DNA of 64,000 nucleotides, taken from Dipteris shenzhenensis (lineage: Eukaryota). Positions within the stretch are counted from its first letter, which is position 1. Each line of letters opens with the position of its first letter. The stretch lies in NCBI GenBank assembly GCA_047967505.1, contig CM106538.1; one strand, given 5' to 3'. Below, one piece after another: positions 38,773 to 50,650 of this stretch. Both the position numbers and the translations under genes were made by a program. The notes under the pieces are model-generated. The model made no database searches. It saw only the letters and a program-made list of their open reading frames with translations, and was not told where the DNA came from.

Positions 38773-41700
38773 TACGCAAATGAGAGTAAGAGGGCTTCTT
38801 GCCACTCCATGCCTCTTCAGGAATACCACCATCCAAACTCTTACTAGGTGATCTATTGATCACATGCACTGCGGTCTTCATTGCCTCAGCCCAAAAACCA
38901 CCAGAAAGACTTGCATTGGAAAGCATGCATTGCAACCTTTCTTGAATGGTACGGTTCATCTTTTCTGCAACTGGATTTTGCTCTGGAGTACGAGGGGATG
39001 TGAGCTCCCTCTTAATCCCATGTGTATCACAGAAATGCTGAAAGTCATGAGAGAGATACTCTCCACCATTGTCAGTCCGTAGGCATTTAAGCGTTCTACC
39101 TAACTGATTCTCAACCAAGGCCAGCCATTTTTGAAATACCTGGAACACATCACTCTTCCGAGCTATAGCATAAGCCCACACTTTCCTAGTTGCATCATCA
39201 ATGAATGTCACATAGTATTCAGCCCTGCCTAATGACCGTGTAGGCATGGGACCACATACGTCTGAATGCACCAAATCAAGTATTTCAAACTCTTTCTTTC
39301 CCCTTCTTTTATGGGCTGATTTAGTTTGCTTCCCATAGAGACAATGCTCACAAAATTCAAAATCAGAGAAACTCAAATGCGGTACATAACCCAAACGGCA
39401 TAAGAGTTTCATTCCATTCTGGCTCATGTGCCCCAACCTGCAATGCCACAAAGAAGTGCTTGGCTGCTTGGTTATTGCAACAACATGATCAAATACCCCT
39501 GATACATGTAAGGGATACAAAGTCCCACACCTGGCACCCCTAGCCAAAAGCATAGAGCCCTTTTGAATTTTCCAACTTTGAAAGCCAAAAGTGGTGTGAA
39601 AACCAGCATCATCTAGCTGACCCACTGAAATAAGACTCTTGGTCAGCTTAGGCACATGTCTCACATGTTTCAAAACAAATGCAGACCCATTTGCAAAAGA
39701 AAACTTTATGTCACCTGCTCCCACTATGTCACATGCATAGTCATTTCCAAGATGCACACAACCTGTCTTTCCACTATCATAAGTGGAGAACCATTCCCTA
39801 TGGGGAGTAACATGGAATGAAGCACCAGAATCCAAAATCCAATCCTGGGAATATGCATCATCTGAAGTGGTAAGAAACTCTGCAGATAAACTAGACATGA
39901 AGAGAACGTCATTGTCACTATCATGTGTGTGACTGCATTGATCTCCTCGATCTTCACTTTTCCTTTGTCCTCCCTTGGACTCTCTTCCTTTTGATTTGCA
40001 CCCCAATTTGCATTCTTTTTCTTATCCCTTTGCTCTCTTTTTAGCTTGTAGCAATCCTTTTTCATATGGCCCTTCTTGCCACAGTGGTAACACTCAATGT
40101 TCTGTGCCCTAGATTTGCTACGTGACTTCCCTCTTTCTTGGGACTTCCCCCTGAACTGTGATCTGCCCCTTTGCACATTTAAGGATGCATCCTGCTTGTT
40201 GCCATCCATAGACTTCCGTCTAATCTCCTCGGCCAACAAGCTACCCACAACATCATCAAATTTCAGTACTCCACCAGGTGCAGAGTTACTAACAGCTGTA
40301 CGGAAGGTATCCCATGAGGGTGGCAATGAACATAAGAGAAATATTGCCTTAGTCTCCGCATCAAAATTCATCTTCTGAGCCTGAAGCTGGCTGAAAATAA
40401 TATTGAATTCATTCAAGTGAGAAGAAATGGAGACCCCTTCCTTCATCTGCAGCTCAAACAACCTCTTCATGAGGTAAATTTTATTAGAGGCAGTTTCCTT
40501 CTCATAAGTGGCACATAGTTTCTTCCACAAATCTTTTGTAGTCTACTCATTTACTACTATGAAATAAACTGACTCTACAAGATGAAGTCTAATAGTAGAC
40601 TTTGCTTATGCATCCAACTCATTCCAATCATCCTCAGACATATTTGCAGGCTTAGCTTCAATCCCTGCCAAGGGTTTAATCTGCTTCTTTTGAATAAGCA
40701 CATCCCTTATTTGTTCTTTCCACAAAGAAAAGTTTGTCCCATCAAACTTTTTAATGCTGAAAAACTCCTTTTCAGACGTGGAAGAGGATGCCATGATGCA
40801 AATAAAGCAAAATCCCAAATGCTAGTGCCTCAAGAGAGAATCACACCAAATACCAGGTGCACCCAAATGTATATGCCACAATAGAGTGAAATATCACCAA
40901 AACTCAAAGCTCAAAGCATCAAAAGATGCATCTGACTCATGTGCATATACTATGCATCCATATGAGCAAATCTAGCCCAAAAGAAAATGTCAATAAGTGC
41001 CAAATGACTCAAGCATAAACACTATCCACTGGCATATGCATCAATAATATCTCATCCAAGAGAGCATAGCACTATCAGTGCATCACCTACAATGTGTCAA
41101 AGCTGTCCCTCAACTTAAAATAGCATCCATATGCAAAGCGTCCATAAAAATAGCATCCCACAAGGCAATTTGGGCCTATCAGCGCATCCAATAAGGACCG
41201 CAATGCATCCAAATGGCCTCTAAATCATCCACTGCAACCCAATGCACACCATGAGAATGAGTGCACACTGCTCAAACTGCAACCAGAGTGATCTACATAA
41301 GGTATGCTCAAGAAATCATAGTCCCACGGTAATGAGCGCTACTGAAAATAGAATCTGAGATGCCTCAAAACATGGGTGCCATTGCATAATCGGAATCAGC
41401 AAGAAAATCTGCAAATATCTCTCTTCTGCCAGAACTCCAAAATCCCAACCGATGAGTGAGAAATGGGAGTCAACACTTATCCACTGCCATGTGGCATAAA
41501 TCTAAGGTTTCAAAACCTTAGAATGAAAAATGCATAATAGAGAGACGAAATCAAATACACAGAGATCTATAACTCTGAAAATCCTCCACCGAATCACACA
41601 AGAATTGATAGGTAGGGGTTTTTGGGCGTCCGGAATGCAATGGGACAGACGGTTTTGGAAACCGTGGTCTCAATCACTGGGTCCAACACACGGACTGAAA

Positions 41701-42359
41701 AACGTTTTTGGAAACAAAGCTATCTGTAAACTCCACCGGAGTGCGAATGATGAGCAACATAGAAGTTTTAGGACCTCTTGAGTCCACCGGAACTGACAGA
41801 TCTGCAAATGGTTGCTCCAAACTTGAGTTCCAACACCCGGGCAAAAAACGCAGAAACTGACACAGAGAGCCAGAAATCCAATGAAATGATCCCGGATTCA
41901 AGAATGAAGGTGTTTCCAAGCTCCTGAAGTAATGTGGACACCAAAAGCAAGCAATAGTTGCCTCTACAAGTCAATACGGAGTCTTTGTCATCGAATGGAA
42001 CAGGAAAAAGCTCAAAAAACGACTTTTTCTTTGAAAGCTCTTAACAGGCTCTCAAAACCACTTCACAAAGCCAAAGTGACTTTTCCAAAGGTTCCTCCAA
42101 GGTCTCTGCACACTCGGATGCAAGTAAAGTCACCCACAAAGCTTCCCACAAAGCTTCTCCTTCCTCCCACAGAGCTACTGAGCTTCAAGCATTCACGCAC
42201 GCTTAGCTAGATCACCCGGGCTCTGATACCAGTTGAGAGTGCTCTCAACGGAAGCAAGAACGGAAGAGGGAGAGAGAGAAACAGAGAGCCACACAAGTTT
42301 TGGTGGGTGCAGTATTGTACATAACTGGGGTAAAGGCACAGTGACCTTTAACCCCCATA
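38773..42359 (-). mobile_element. 5' half of a Ty1/copia element (5' LTR 42234-42359, PBS, gag, protease, integrase core)
   Basis: PBS TGGTATCAGAGC at 42231-42220. Motifs KFDGTNFSLWK, CYHCGKKGHMKKDC, WILDSGASFH, LWHCRLGH...CEHC and RTDNGGEY. Ends abruptly at ...PSYSHLR. Confidence 0.97.
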
Positions 42360-44913
42360 GGAGAGAGGGAAGGAGTCTCACTTGAGGCTTTCTCACAAGC
42401 ACAATGGGGGAATATACACAAAGGTGGAGGCTGAAAACAGTTTTCCTCTTCTTAGTTGTGAAAGCCAAAAGAACTCAAGTACAAAGAAATAGAAGAACCC
42501 TATATGTGGGTCTCAAACCAAGCTCAACTAACTAAGGTGGCATACTAACTGAGCCACGAACTAGTGTAGATAAGGATAGCTATCATCCAGCTATTATTCA
42601 TGGGCGGTGTACCAACCGCATCTCCAGCTAACAAGTCGGTGACATAAATACACAACGGTCACCCTGGCATATCGCGAGTGGAGCTCGATATCTCAACACT
42701 CCCCCTCGAGCTCAATCCCAATTCCTGCACACCAAGCACGTCTCTGAACTTGCGTAGCTTCTTTGCACCCAATGCTTTCGTGAATATGTCAGCTACCTGA
42801 TCTTCTGTGCTGACATAAACTAGATCAATAAGACCTAGTAAAACCTTCTCCCCCACATAGTGATAATGCATCTCAATGTGCTTTGTTCTAGCATGAAAGA
42901 CTGGGTTCTTTGCCAAGTGTATGCTCTTCATGTTGTCATAATAAATGACAACTGGCCCATCTGTAGACTGATGCATATCATAGAGTAGCTTATGCAACCA
43001 AGCTACCTCACATGCAGCCATTGCTGCACCCCTGTACTCAGCCTCTGTGCTCGACAAGGCAACTGTAGGCTGTTTCTTGTTGCTCCAAGTGACTGCAGCA
43101 CTCCCAAAAGAGAACACATATCCACTGGTAGATCGTCTATCAGAAATACTACCAGCCCAATTAGCATCAGTGTATCCATGCAACTGTATCTGAACCCCAG
43201 CCTCATAAAATAGTCCATACTGCAATGTGGACTTCACATACCTAAGTATGCATCTAGCCTCGGGGGGGTCACTATGTATAAACCCTCTATATCACGTGCG
43301 TTCAAGGCCTATATTTAAAGTCCCTTATCTGTAAAAAATTTCATTAATAAAATGTACCCCTTTTCTATACAAATCTGTAAATTTTTTCCAAAACTATTTT
43401 AAATAGTCCCTTATGTATATTTATTTCTGTAAATTTTAGAAATAAAAAAAATCCTTCTGTTGAACTCACGTGATAGGGTTACATATGATGAGTGACCTCC
43501 CCGAGCATCTAGCCACATCCAAATGCAGTTTCCTTGGAGCCTGCATAAACTGACTTACCAACCCAACAGCATAGCTCAAATCTGGCTTGGTAATAGTCAT
43601 GTAAATCAAACTTCCTACTATGCGTTTGTACATAGTAGGGTCTTCCAGAAGCTCACCTGCATCTGCGCTCAGCTTCACATTCTGCTCCAAAGGAACTGAA
43701 ATAGGCTTATAGCCTGTCATCCCATATTTGGACAGCATGTCCAGTCCATACTGCCTCTGCAAGAGCTGTATCCCACTTGGTGATCTAATCACCTCAATCC
43801 CCAAGAAATAACGCAGCTCTCCCAAATCCTTCATCTCAAACTTCTGCCTCAATAGCATTTTCACATGAAGGATATCTTCATCACTATCACCTGTGATGAT
43901 CAAATCATCAACATAAATGACAAGCAGCATAATCCCTTTCTCTGTTTTTCTCACATAGAGTGAGAAATCTGCCTTGGAAATCTAAAAGCCAATAGTGACA
44001 AGATACTGTCCTATCTTGTCAGACCATGCTCTAGGTGCTTGCTTCAAGCCATACAAGGCTTTCTTTAACCTGCAAACAAACTTAGGATGAATAGCATGAA
44101 CATAACCTGCTAGCTACTCCATAAAGACCTCTTCTTGCAAATCACCATGCAAGAAGGCATTCTTTACATCCATCTGATGTAAAGACCATCCCTTTCATGC
44201 GGCCATAGCAATGGCTGCTCTTATGGTTGCCATCCTTGCAACCGGGCTGAAAGTTTCTTCATAATCAATGCCATATGTCTGTGCATACCCCTTGACAACT
44301 AATCTTGCCTTGTATCTATTCACAGAACCATCTGCATTGTGCTTGATCTTATAAACCCACTTACAGCCAATTGCATTCTTGTCTTTAGGCAAAGGCACCA
44401 ATTCCCATGTAGCATTTGCATCCAAGGCATCCATTTCTTCATCCATGGCTTTCTCCCATTTTTCATTTCCCATGGCTTGCTCAAAAGAAGTGGGTTCTGG
44501 TTCCTGTATCACTTTGACCATATAGGCATAGTGAATGGCTGTAAATCCATCATATTTCAGCCTATCCACAGGATACCTAACCCTAGTAGACCTATGCAAA
44601 ATAGGCTCACTTCCAGGTGCTCTCAAAACATCCCTGGTCTTCCTTACTCCAGGTGTAACAATAGAAGGAATACCCAACTCATCATCAATGCTCTGCTCTG
44701 AGCCACTGGGTTCACCATCCACATAAGAGTGACTTGCATTCACATCAAACATGGGCTGATCTACCTTCTCTTTTCCTTTTCATGATACCTGTGTACCACT
44801 ATCTGCATTGCTTTGAGGAGATTCTCTTGATCTCAATCTGCCTGTCCATGGTGAAGTATGTGAACCACTGCTAGAGGACACTGCAGGTCCACTGATATTT
44901 TGTGATTGCTGCA
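42360..44913 (-). mobile_element. 3' half of a third copia family (RT, RNase H, PPT, 3' LTR from 42698)
   Basis: Motifs [14 protein letters not shown] and LSSTEAEY. PPT at 42699-42707. The LTR is cut at 42360 by the nested copia. The element is 5'-truncated at ~44913. Confidence 0.95.
43259..43505. mobile_element. 247-bp MITE with ~15-bp TIRs and 8-bp TSD, inserted in copia pol
   Basis: CTCGGGGGGGTCACT ... AGTGACCTCCCCGAG, with CATCTAGC at 43251-43258 and 43506-43513. Removing it restores HLDVARCILRYVK. Confidence 0.95.
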
Positions 44914-45179
44914 CGAGAGTGAGGAAGGTAACTAGAGGAGGTAAGGCAAGATGAAAGGAGTATGCTTGAGAAGAGGAGGCAAGGTTGCGGGCAAGATGGA
45001 AGGAGCAAGCTTGAGGAGAGGAAGGAGCAAGCTTGAGGAGAGGAGTAACGTAAGAAGAGCAAAGTGGAAGAAGTGTTTGCTATAGGAGAGATATAGAAGA
45101 TGAATGACTACTAGGGGATTTATAGAACTACAGACTCATAATGTGGGATGAAAGATTTAGAATAAAGAATTGGTAGAGG

Positions 45180-45720
45180 CTGAGATGACCAGATGCAAGA
45201 CCGTAATGCGAGACATGTGAGACATGTAAGATAGTGAGTACATTGAAATCTATAAAATAAAATGATGGGATGCAAGACCGTAATGGGAGACATTTGAGAC
45301 ATGTAAGATAGTGATAGTACATTGAAATCTATAAAATAAAATGATGGAACACAAGAATGATATAATTAATAGAATCTCATCATGAGATATTCTTTTAATA
45401 TAACATAAGTTAGTAATTATTAGAATCTCATCATGAGATATTCTTTTAATATAATATAAGTTAGACTTGCTGATGCAAGACCGTAATGCGAGACATGTGA
45501 GATGATAGATTTTGAGTACATTGAGATCTATAAAATAAAGTGATGGAACATAAGAATGATATAATTATTAGATTCTCATCATAAGATATTTATTGCACAT
45601 AATAAATGATAGATTTTGAGTACATTGAAATCTATAAAATAAAGTGATCGAACATAAGAATGATATAATTATTAGATTCTCATCATAAGATATTTATTGT
45701 ACATAATAAATTAGACTTTC
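45180..45720. repeat. AT-rich composite tandem repeats
   Basis: TGCAAGACCGTAATG.GAGACAT, GTACATTGA.ATCTATAAAATAAA and ATTAGA.TCTCATCAT.AGATATT each recur several times. Confidence 0.85.
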
Positions 45721-45839
45721 AAAAAAGTAAAACCTAATGTATTGTAATGAATAAATATCATAAAATATCCTAATGTATTGCAACATTTAACATAAGTTTA
45801 AAAAACACTATCATTAATCAATACAAAAAAGATAAAGTT

Positions 45840-48100
45840 CTTCAAGGACTCATGTTTCTTTCTACATGTTTTACAACTGAATAGAGTCTGATGAGTCCTC
45901 TTGAGGCTATGATTCTCTAAGAGTACATTGAATCTCTACTTGTGTGGATGGTGTACATTGAGATTCTACTTCTGGTGCAATCAGGATAGACTTAATCTCT
46001 TCCTCCTTTACAAGATGTGATGTTGTAGATGCACATTGAGTCTCCACTTCTTGTGTAGGAAGAATGCATTGAGTCTCTAATTCAAGTGTAGACTGTAATG
46101 CTTCTACTTGAGGCTGTGATACAGAAGGAGACTGAATTGTCTCTTGTTTTTCTTTGGCTCCCTCAGGTTCTTCATTGAGTCCATCATGTTGTTTCCCAAT
46201 GGTAGCAGTTAGATAGTGAACAGTCTTAGCCACAAAATCTTGTAGCTCGAGCTTGGTATATGCTTCTATTGAGACATGTTCAAAAATTTCATTGAGATAC
46301 AACATGAAGTTGTAGGCAATTCTCCACCCACTACTAAACATGTCTTTCTACTCCACTGTGAGGCGTGTCTAGAAATTTGGTTGGTCTTGATGCTCCCTGA
46401 TTTTCATAATCGCAAAAACTAACTTGTTTGCAGACCTGTCCATCATGACATATGACAAAGTGAATTTGTGTAGTAAATAGTAAGATGCATGTTCATAATG
46501 ATATGATAAAAGAACACTTACCTGAACACCCTGTGAAAGCCTGTAAATGAGTTGACAAACCAACAATGGTTGTCATCAAGATCCCATACTATCAGGCTCC
46601 AATGTGAACTACATTACCAATAAAGAGCGATAAGATTTATCACAATATTAAGTATCAATTGACACAATATTATAAATAAGAGAGTAAAAGAAAGATTGAG
46701 ACGATACTTACTTCTCATAGTATGGCATAAAGACAACTAGTATGCCATCCAAGTCTAAAGGTTGTAGAATTGAACAAACATCATCTACTGTCTTCTTGGT
46801 ATCACTAAGTACAGCTGAAAGAAGAGAATCGAGCATACAGACATGATTCTGTACTGATCTAGGAAAGTGAGATATAACCGTATTGCAGCAATAAATAAAC
46901 AAATATTAGAAGCAGATTGAATCAAATGATTGAAGTATCAAGCCAAGAGATGTTCATATCAAACCTGAGGATGGCCATCATGACTTTGTCATTAGCCTCT
47001 TTCAAAGGGTCGGAGAGGATTGTAACTTCCTCGCTACCAAAAGTCAAAACACGAGGTTGCTTGCTAATGATGACCCTAACCTCAAAAGAGCTCCCCATTT
47101 CGTCCAATACAGCGGTTACATTAGGACAACTTATGGGTGTAGCAACCAATGTTTCCTCTGGATGCTCCACCATGTTATCAATAAATGCCTTAATGATAGA
47201 TGACATAAATGCATATGGATGCAAGTCTGTATATGTCGACAATGAGGTTTCACCGCCTCTCTAATTAAAAATTTGAGCAAGGAGCAAAAAGCAGTTATAT
47301 CCGACTCTCCACCCACAACTGTGGTCATCATTCTGCTTCACTGCAGGGCATGTTACATACTCTATTTGATCTTCTAAGTCACCCTCCATTTGCATAAGTG
47401 CATCTATAGCACCTACCAACTTTCGAGCAGATCTACACATCAAAATAGAAAACATAAATGAATGTGCGCATTGCATAGGATGCATCTCATTGACATAATT
47501 ATGACACAAGTAGGTTATACTTACTCTGACACACTGCCATGGATAGATGCTATTGAATTGACAAAGAAGCATTGCTTGGCTAAGATGTCCACAATTACCA
47601 AGCTCCAATGCAAGCTGCATTATCAATTAAGAATAATTATTATTTGATATAATCCTCCACAATGTAAGGGATAAGCTAGGTAGGGATTGATACTCACTCC
47701 TCGTGATATGCAATAAAGATAACTCGCGCCGCAGTCAAATCAATAGGTTGCAACCACTTAAAAACATCATCTATGGTCTTCTGCTTATTGCTAAGTACAC
47801 TAGAAACAAGAGGATCGACCATATATGCACATCTTTGTATATATAGGGGAAGCTGTTGTAAAACCATACTGCAATAAAAAGAAAAGAATATTAGTTGATT
47901 TGATCCAATGGAAATACAAAAGATAAAGTCAGTAAAAAGTTTGTGTCAAACCTGAGGATGGCTATTATGACCTTGTCATTAACCTCTTTCTTGAAGTTTA
48001 TAAGGATTGAAATGTCCTCTTCATCGAATAGAAAAGTAAGAGGTTGTTCTCGAACTTGAAATGACTTCTCCATTTGCTGCAAGGTATGATTATTTTCTAG
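45840..48100 (-). pseudogene. Two tandem Ulp1/C48-like cysteine-protease domains (3' exons of a multi-exon gene)
   Basis: Repeat 1: EVNDKVI, LHWSLVIVD (HW 47610-47605), FVNS and KQNDDHSCGW (Cys 47317-47315). Repeat 2: EANDKVM, SHWSLIVWD (HW 46604-46599), FVNS and KDMFSSGW. GT donors lie at matching positions: 47951/46964, 47697/46711 and 47524/46521. Confidence 0.8.
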
Positions 48101-48305
48101 AGTCATCCGATGGATAGCCAGAGTAGCTTTGCTTTCTTGAGATGAGCTTTCTATATTCTCTACTCTAGCTATGTCCTCCTCCTCCTCCTCCTCTCCCTTC
48201 TCCTATAAAAGGATAAAATAATTATGAGATTCAAAATTTTAAATTAATTATAAATTTAAAAAGACCTTTGAATGAATAAAGAAAATTAAACATAAGTTTT
48301 CATAC

Positions 48306-49480
48306 CTCTACATATCTTCGTGGTCTTTTTATGTAACCTTGAGAGGCAAGGTCAGTGTCATATCCATCTTCTTCTGCTTCCTTGCTATCACTGGTGTCCT
48401 CACTATTATATCTAGAGCTTTGAACATTTTCATCATCTTTCTTGCTCTCATCATACATGATCATCTCTATGTCAGCATCCTCTTCATGTGAGATCGAACC
48501 TTTCTTATCAAACTTTATTGTGAGAGAAGCCATGGTATCAAGGTATTCCAAGCAAGCAGGGCTCTCAATAATATTTACATTTGTCCTTTTCTGATAAGAG
48601 CTTCAAACAAATGTCCCATTCGACACAATGTGACTTCCCATCTGGACGGTAGCAAAAATTCCATCATACTAATTAAAAGATCAACACTTTTTGCTGGCCT
48701 TTCATAGTGATTTGTGTTGCGATGGAGGGGACTTGGAGCTTCATGCTCTTCCAGCAGTAGTTGCAATCTCTTTGCATTCCCTCTTATATTGTTTTGTAAG
48801 GAGTGATCATTGTAAGGGCTCTTCATGCACAAGAAAAAGGTTTCTAGACTCTGTATCTTGAGACCGCATTCTCTCTTGTCCCTTTTTCTTGAGTATATAC
48901 CATTGTAAATCTTAAGCTCATTGCCATATTGTTTTTCTAGGGTAGCAGACATTTGTTCCTTGTCATCTTTATCAGCAAATATGATAATATTACATTGTCC
49001 CACTCTACCAATGGTGGTATGTAATATTCTGTCAAGGAGTTGACGAATGTCATCCGGTGATATTTCATAGACAAAGAAAAGCTGAGGTCTCTCCCAAGCA
49101 GTGTCGTCGGACAAAAAATCATTCATCAATGAAACTCCCTTGCACTCAACACTCTTTCCAGACTCTGAAATGATTTCATGTATGAAAAAAAAGCCCTTGT
49201 TCAAAGTTTTTTCTTTTCTGAGAGTGTGCTTATTTATGACTTTTTGTGCATATGCATAGACATTTTCCGGAATGTCACTTCTCATAGAGGGAGTAATTTC
49301 AGATCTATCATCTTCTACCTTCACCCATTTATGCACCCAAGCCTTCTGTTTAGCTGACGGTAAAGCTGATGCCATCTACCTCACAATGTTATGATCAATT
49401 TTACATTGGCTAATTGGAATATTTTTTTCTGCCAATAAATATTCAATTGCACTCTTTACTGCATCACGCTTGACCTGTTG
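48306..49480 (-). pseudogene. Long exon encoding a possible degenerate beta-class N6A/N4C DNA-methyltransferase-like domain plus acidic linker, upstream of the Ulp1 exons
   Basis: ORF 48575-49375 extends upstream past one TAG and downstream through a frameshift into NVNIIESPACLEYL. Donor at 48305 and acceptor near 48203 link it toward the Ulp1 exons. The domain call is a by-eye pattern only. Confidence 0.45.
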
Positions 49481-49580
49481 GATGATGCATACGGTTGTTA
49501 TTGGTTAGTGTCTAATTGAATTTTCAAACAAGTTTTAGATTTTTAAATCATTAATAAAGTAGATTATTGAGAAGAGACTA

Positions 49581-50315
49581 ATGTTCTTTATAATGGTTGT
49601 TACAGCTTGTTCGCAAAGGAAACGCACAAAGGAGATGGCTACAAAATTTATTCCGGGGATGGAGGTGATTTTATGTTGCAAAAGAGAAGTAGTTGCATTT
49701 GCTACAATCCATGAAAGTGATCCAAATTCTATTTGTCACTTTAGAAGACTTGGCGAAGATAAGGTGGCGGTTATCGTATCAAGGATTCTTAGTGCACATG
49801 TTGAGCTAAAGCATAAGTGTGGGGATATGGAAATCCTTGGAGATGTTATGCCCTATAATACTTCCAACAAAGCATTTATTGCATGGGACAGAGATGAGAC
49901 TTATCCAACACATGTCATCAGGAATACAAAGTGCATATCTTTGGATTTTAGAGTGGGAGATATTTTACAAATGTTATCATTTGCAAATAAGTATGTAGCA
50001 GAAGGTCAAGTCTTGGGATTTGAACAAGTTGAACATTGGACATTTGCGCAGATGAGAATTCAAAAAGTTACTGATGATGGTATGGATGATAACTCAATGT
50101 CATTGGATGGTCCCTACTATGAGGTAGGTAAGGATTTGAGATGGAGCATGCAATTTTTAAATATTGGAAAGACTCGGCATGTGGTTTTTAATGATAAACA
50201 TAATGTATACTACAACATCAAAGAATTGAAAGAATATGCCAATGTACCAAGCTCTATTCCTTCAAAGATGCATGATTCCAATGCACTCAACTATAGCACT
50301 GACGTCTTATCATAA
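49581..50315 (+). CDS. TNP1/En/Spm-like accessory domain ORF, N-terminal part of Sola1-like copy C
   Basis: GMEVIL...VAFATIHESDP..CHF..LG....V.V..I.....L......LGD......IAW pattern. Clear paralogue of ORF 57998-58498. Confidence 0.6.
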   Translation: MFFIMVVTACSQRKRTKEMATKFIPGMEVILCCKREVVAFATIHESDPNSICHFRRLGEDKVAVIVSRILSAHVELKHKCGDMEILGDVMPYNTSNKAFIAWDRDETYPTHVIRNTKCISLDFRVGDILQMLSFANKYVAEGQVLGFEQVEHWTFAQMRIQKVTDDGMDDNSMSLDGPYYEVGKDLRWSMQFLNIGKTRHVVFNDKHNVYYNIKELKEYANVPSSIPSKMHDSNALNYSTDVLS

Positions 50316-50336
50316 GTCGATGGGGGCACAAGGGAT

Positions 50337-50650
50337 TTGATGTGTTGCATCGAGTTGAAGCTTCAACTCGATGCAAAACATCAAGCTGGATCCTAAACTT
50401 GATGTAAAACATCAAGTTGAAGGTTCAATTTGATGTTTTGCATCAAGCTGAAGCCTCAAGTTCATGTAAAAACATCACAATTTTGAAGGTTAAACTTGAT
50501 GCAAAACATCAAATTAAAGCTCAGAATTGATGTAAAAAATCAGGTTCAAGGTTCAATTTGATGTTTTGTATAAGTGAAAGTCTAGACTTGATGTAAAACA
50601 TTGAATTTGATGTTTAAGATAAAGTTAAAGCTTAAACTTGAAGTCCAAAC
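50337..50650. repeat. ~29-bp minisatellite in mixed orientations, starting with a 48-bp near-perfect palindrome
   Basis: 50337-50384 is centred on AAGCTT with one mismatch. Units resemble AACTTGATG(C/T)AAAACATCAAGTT. Confidence 0.9.
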
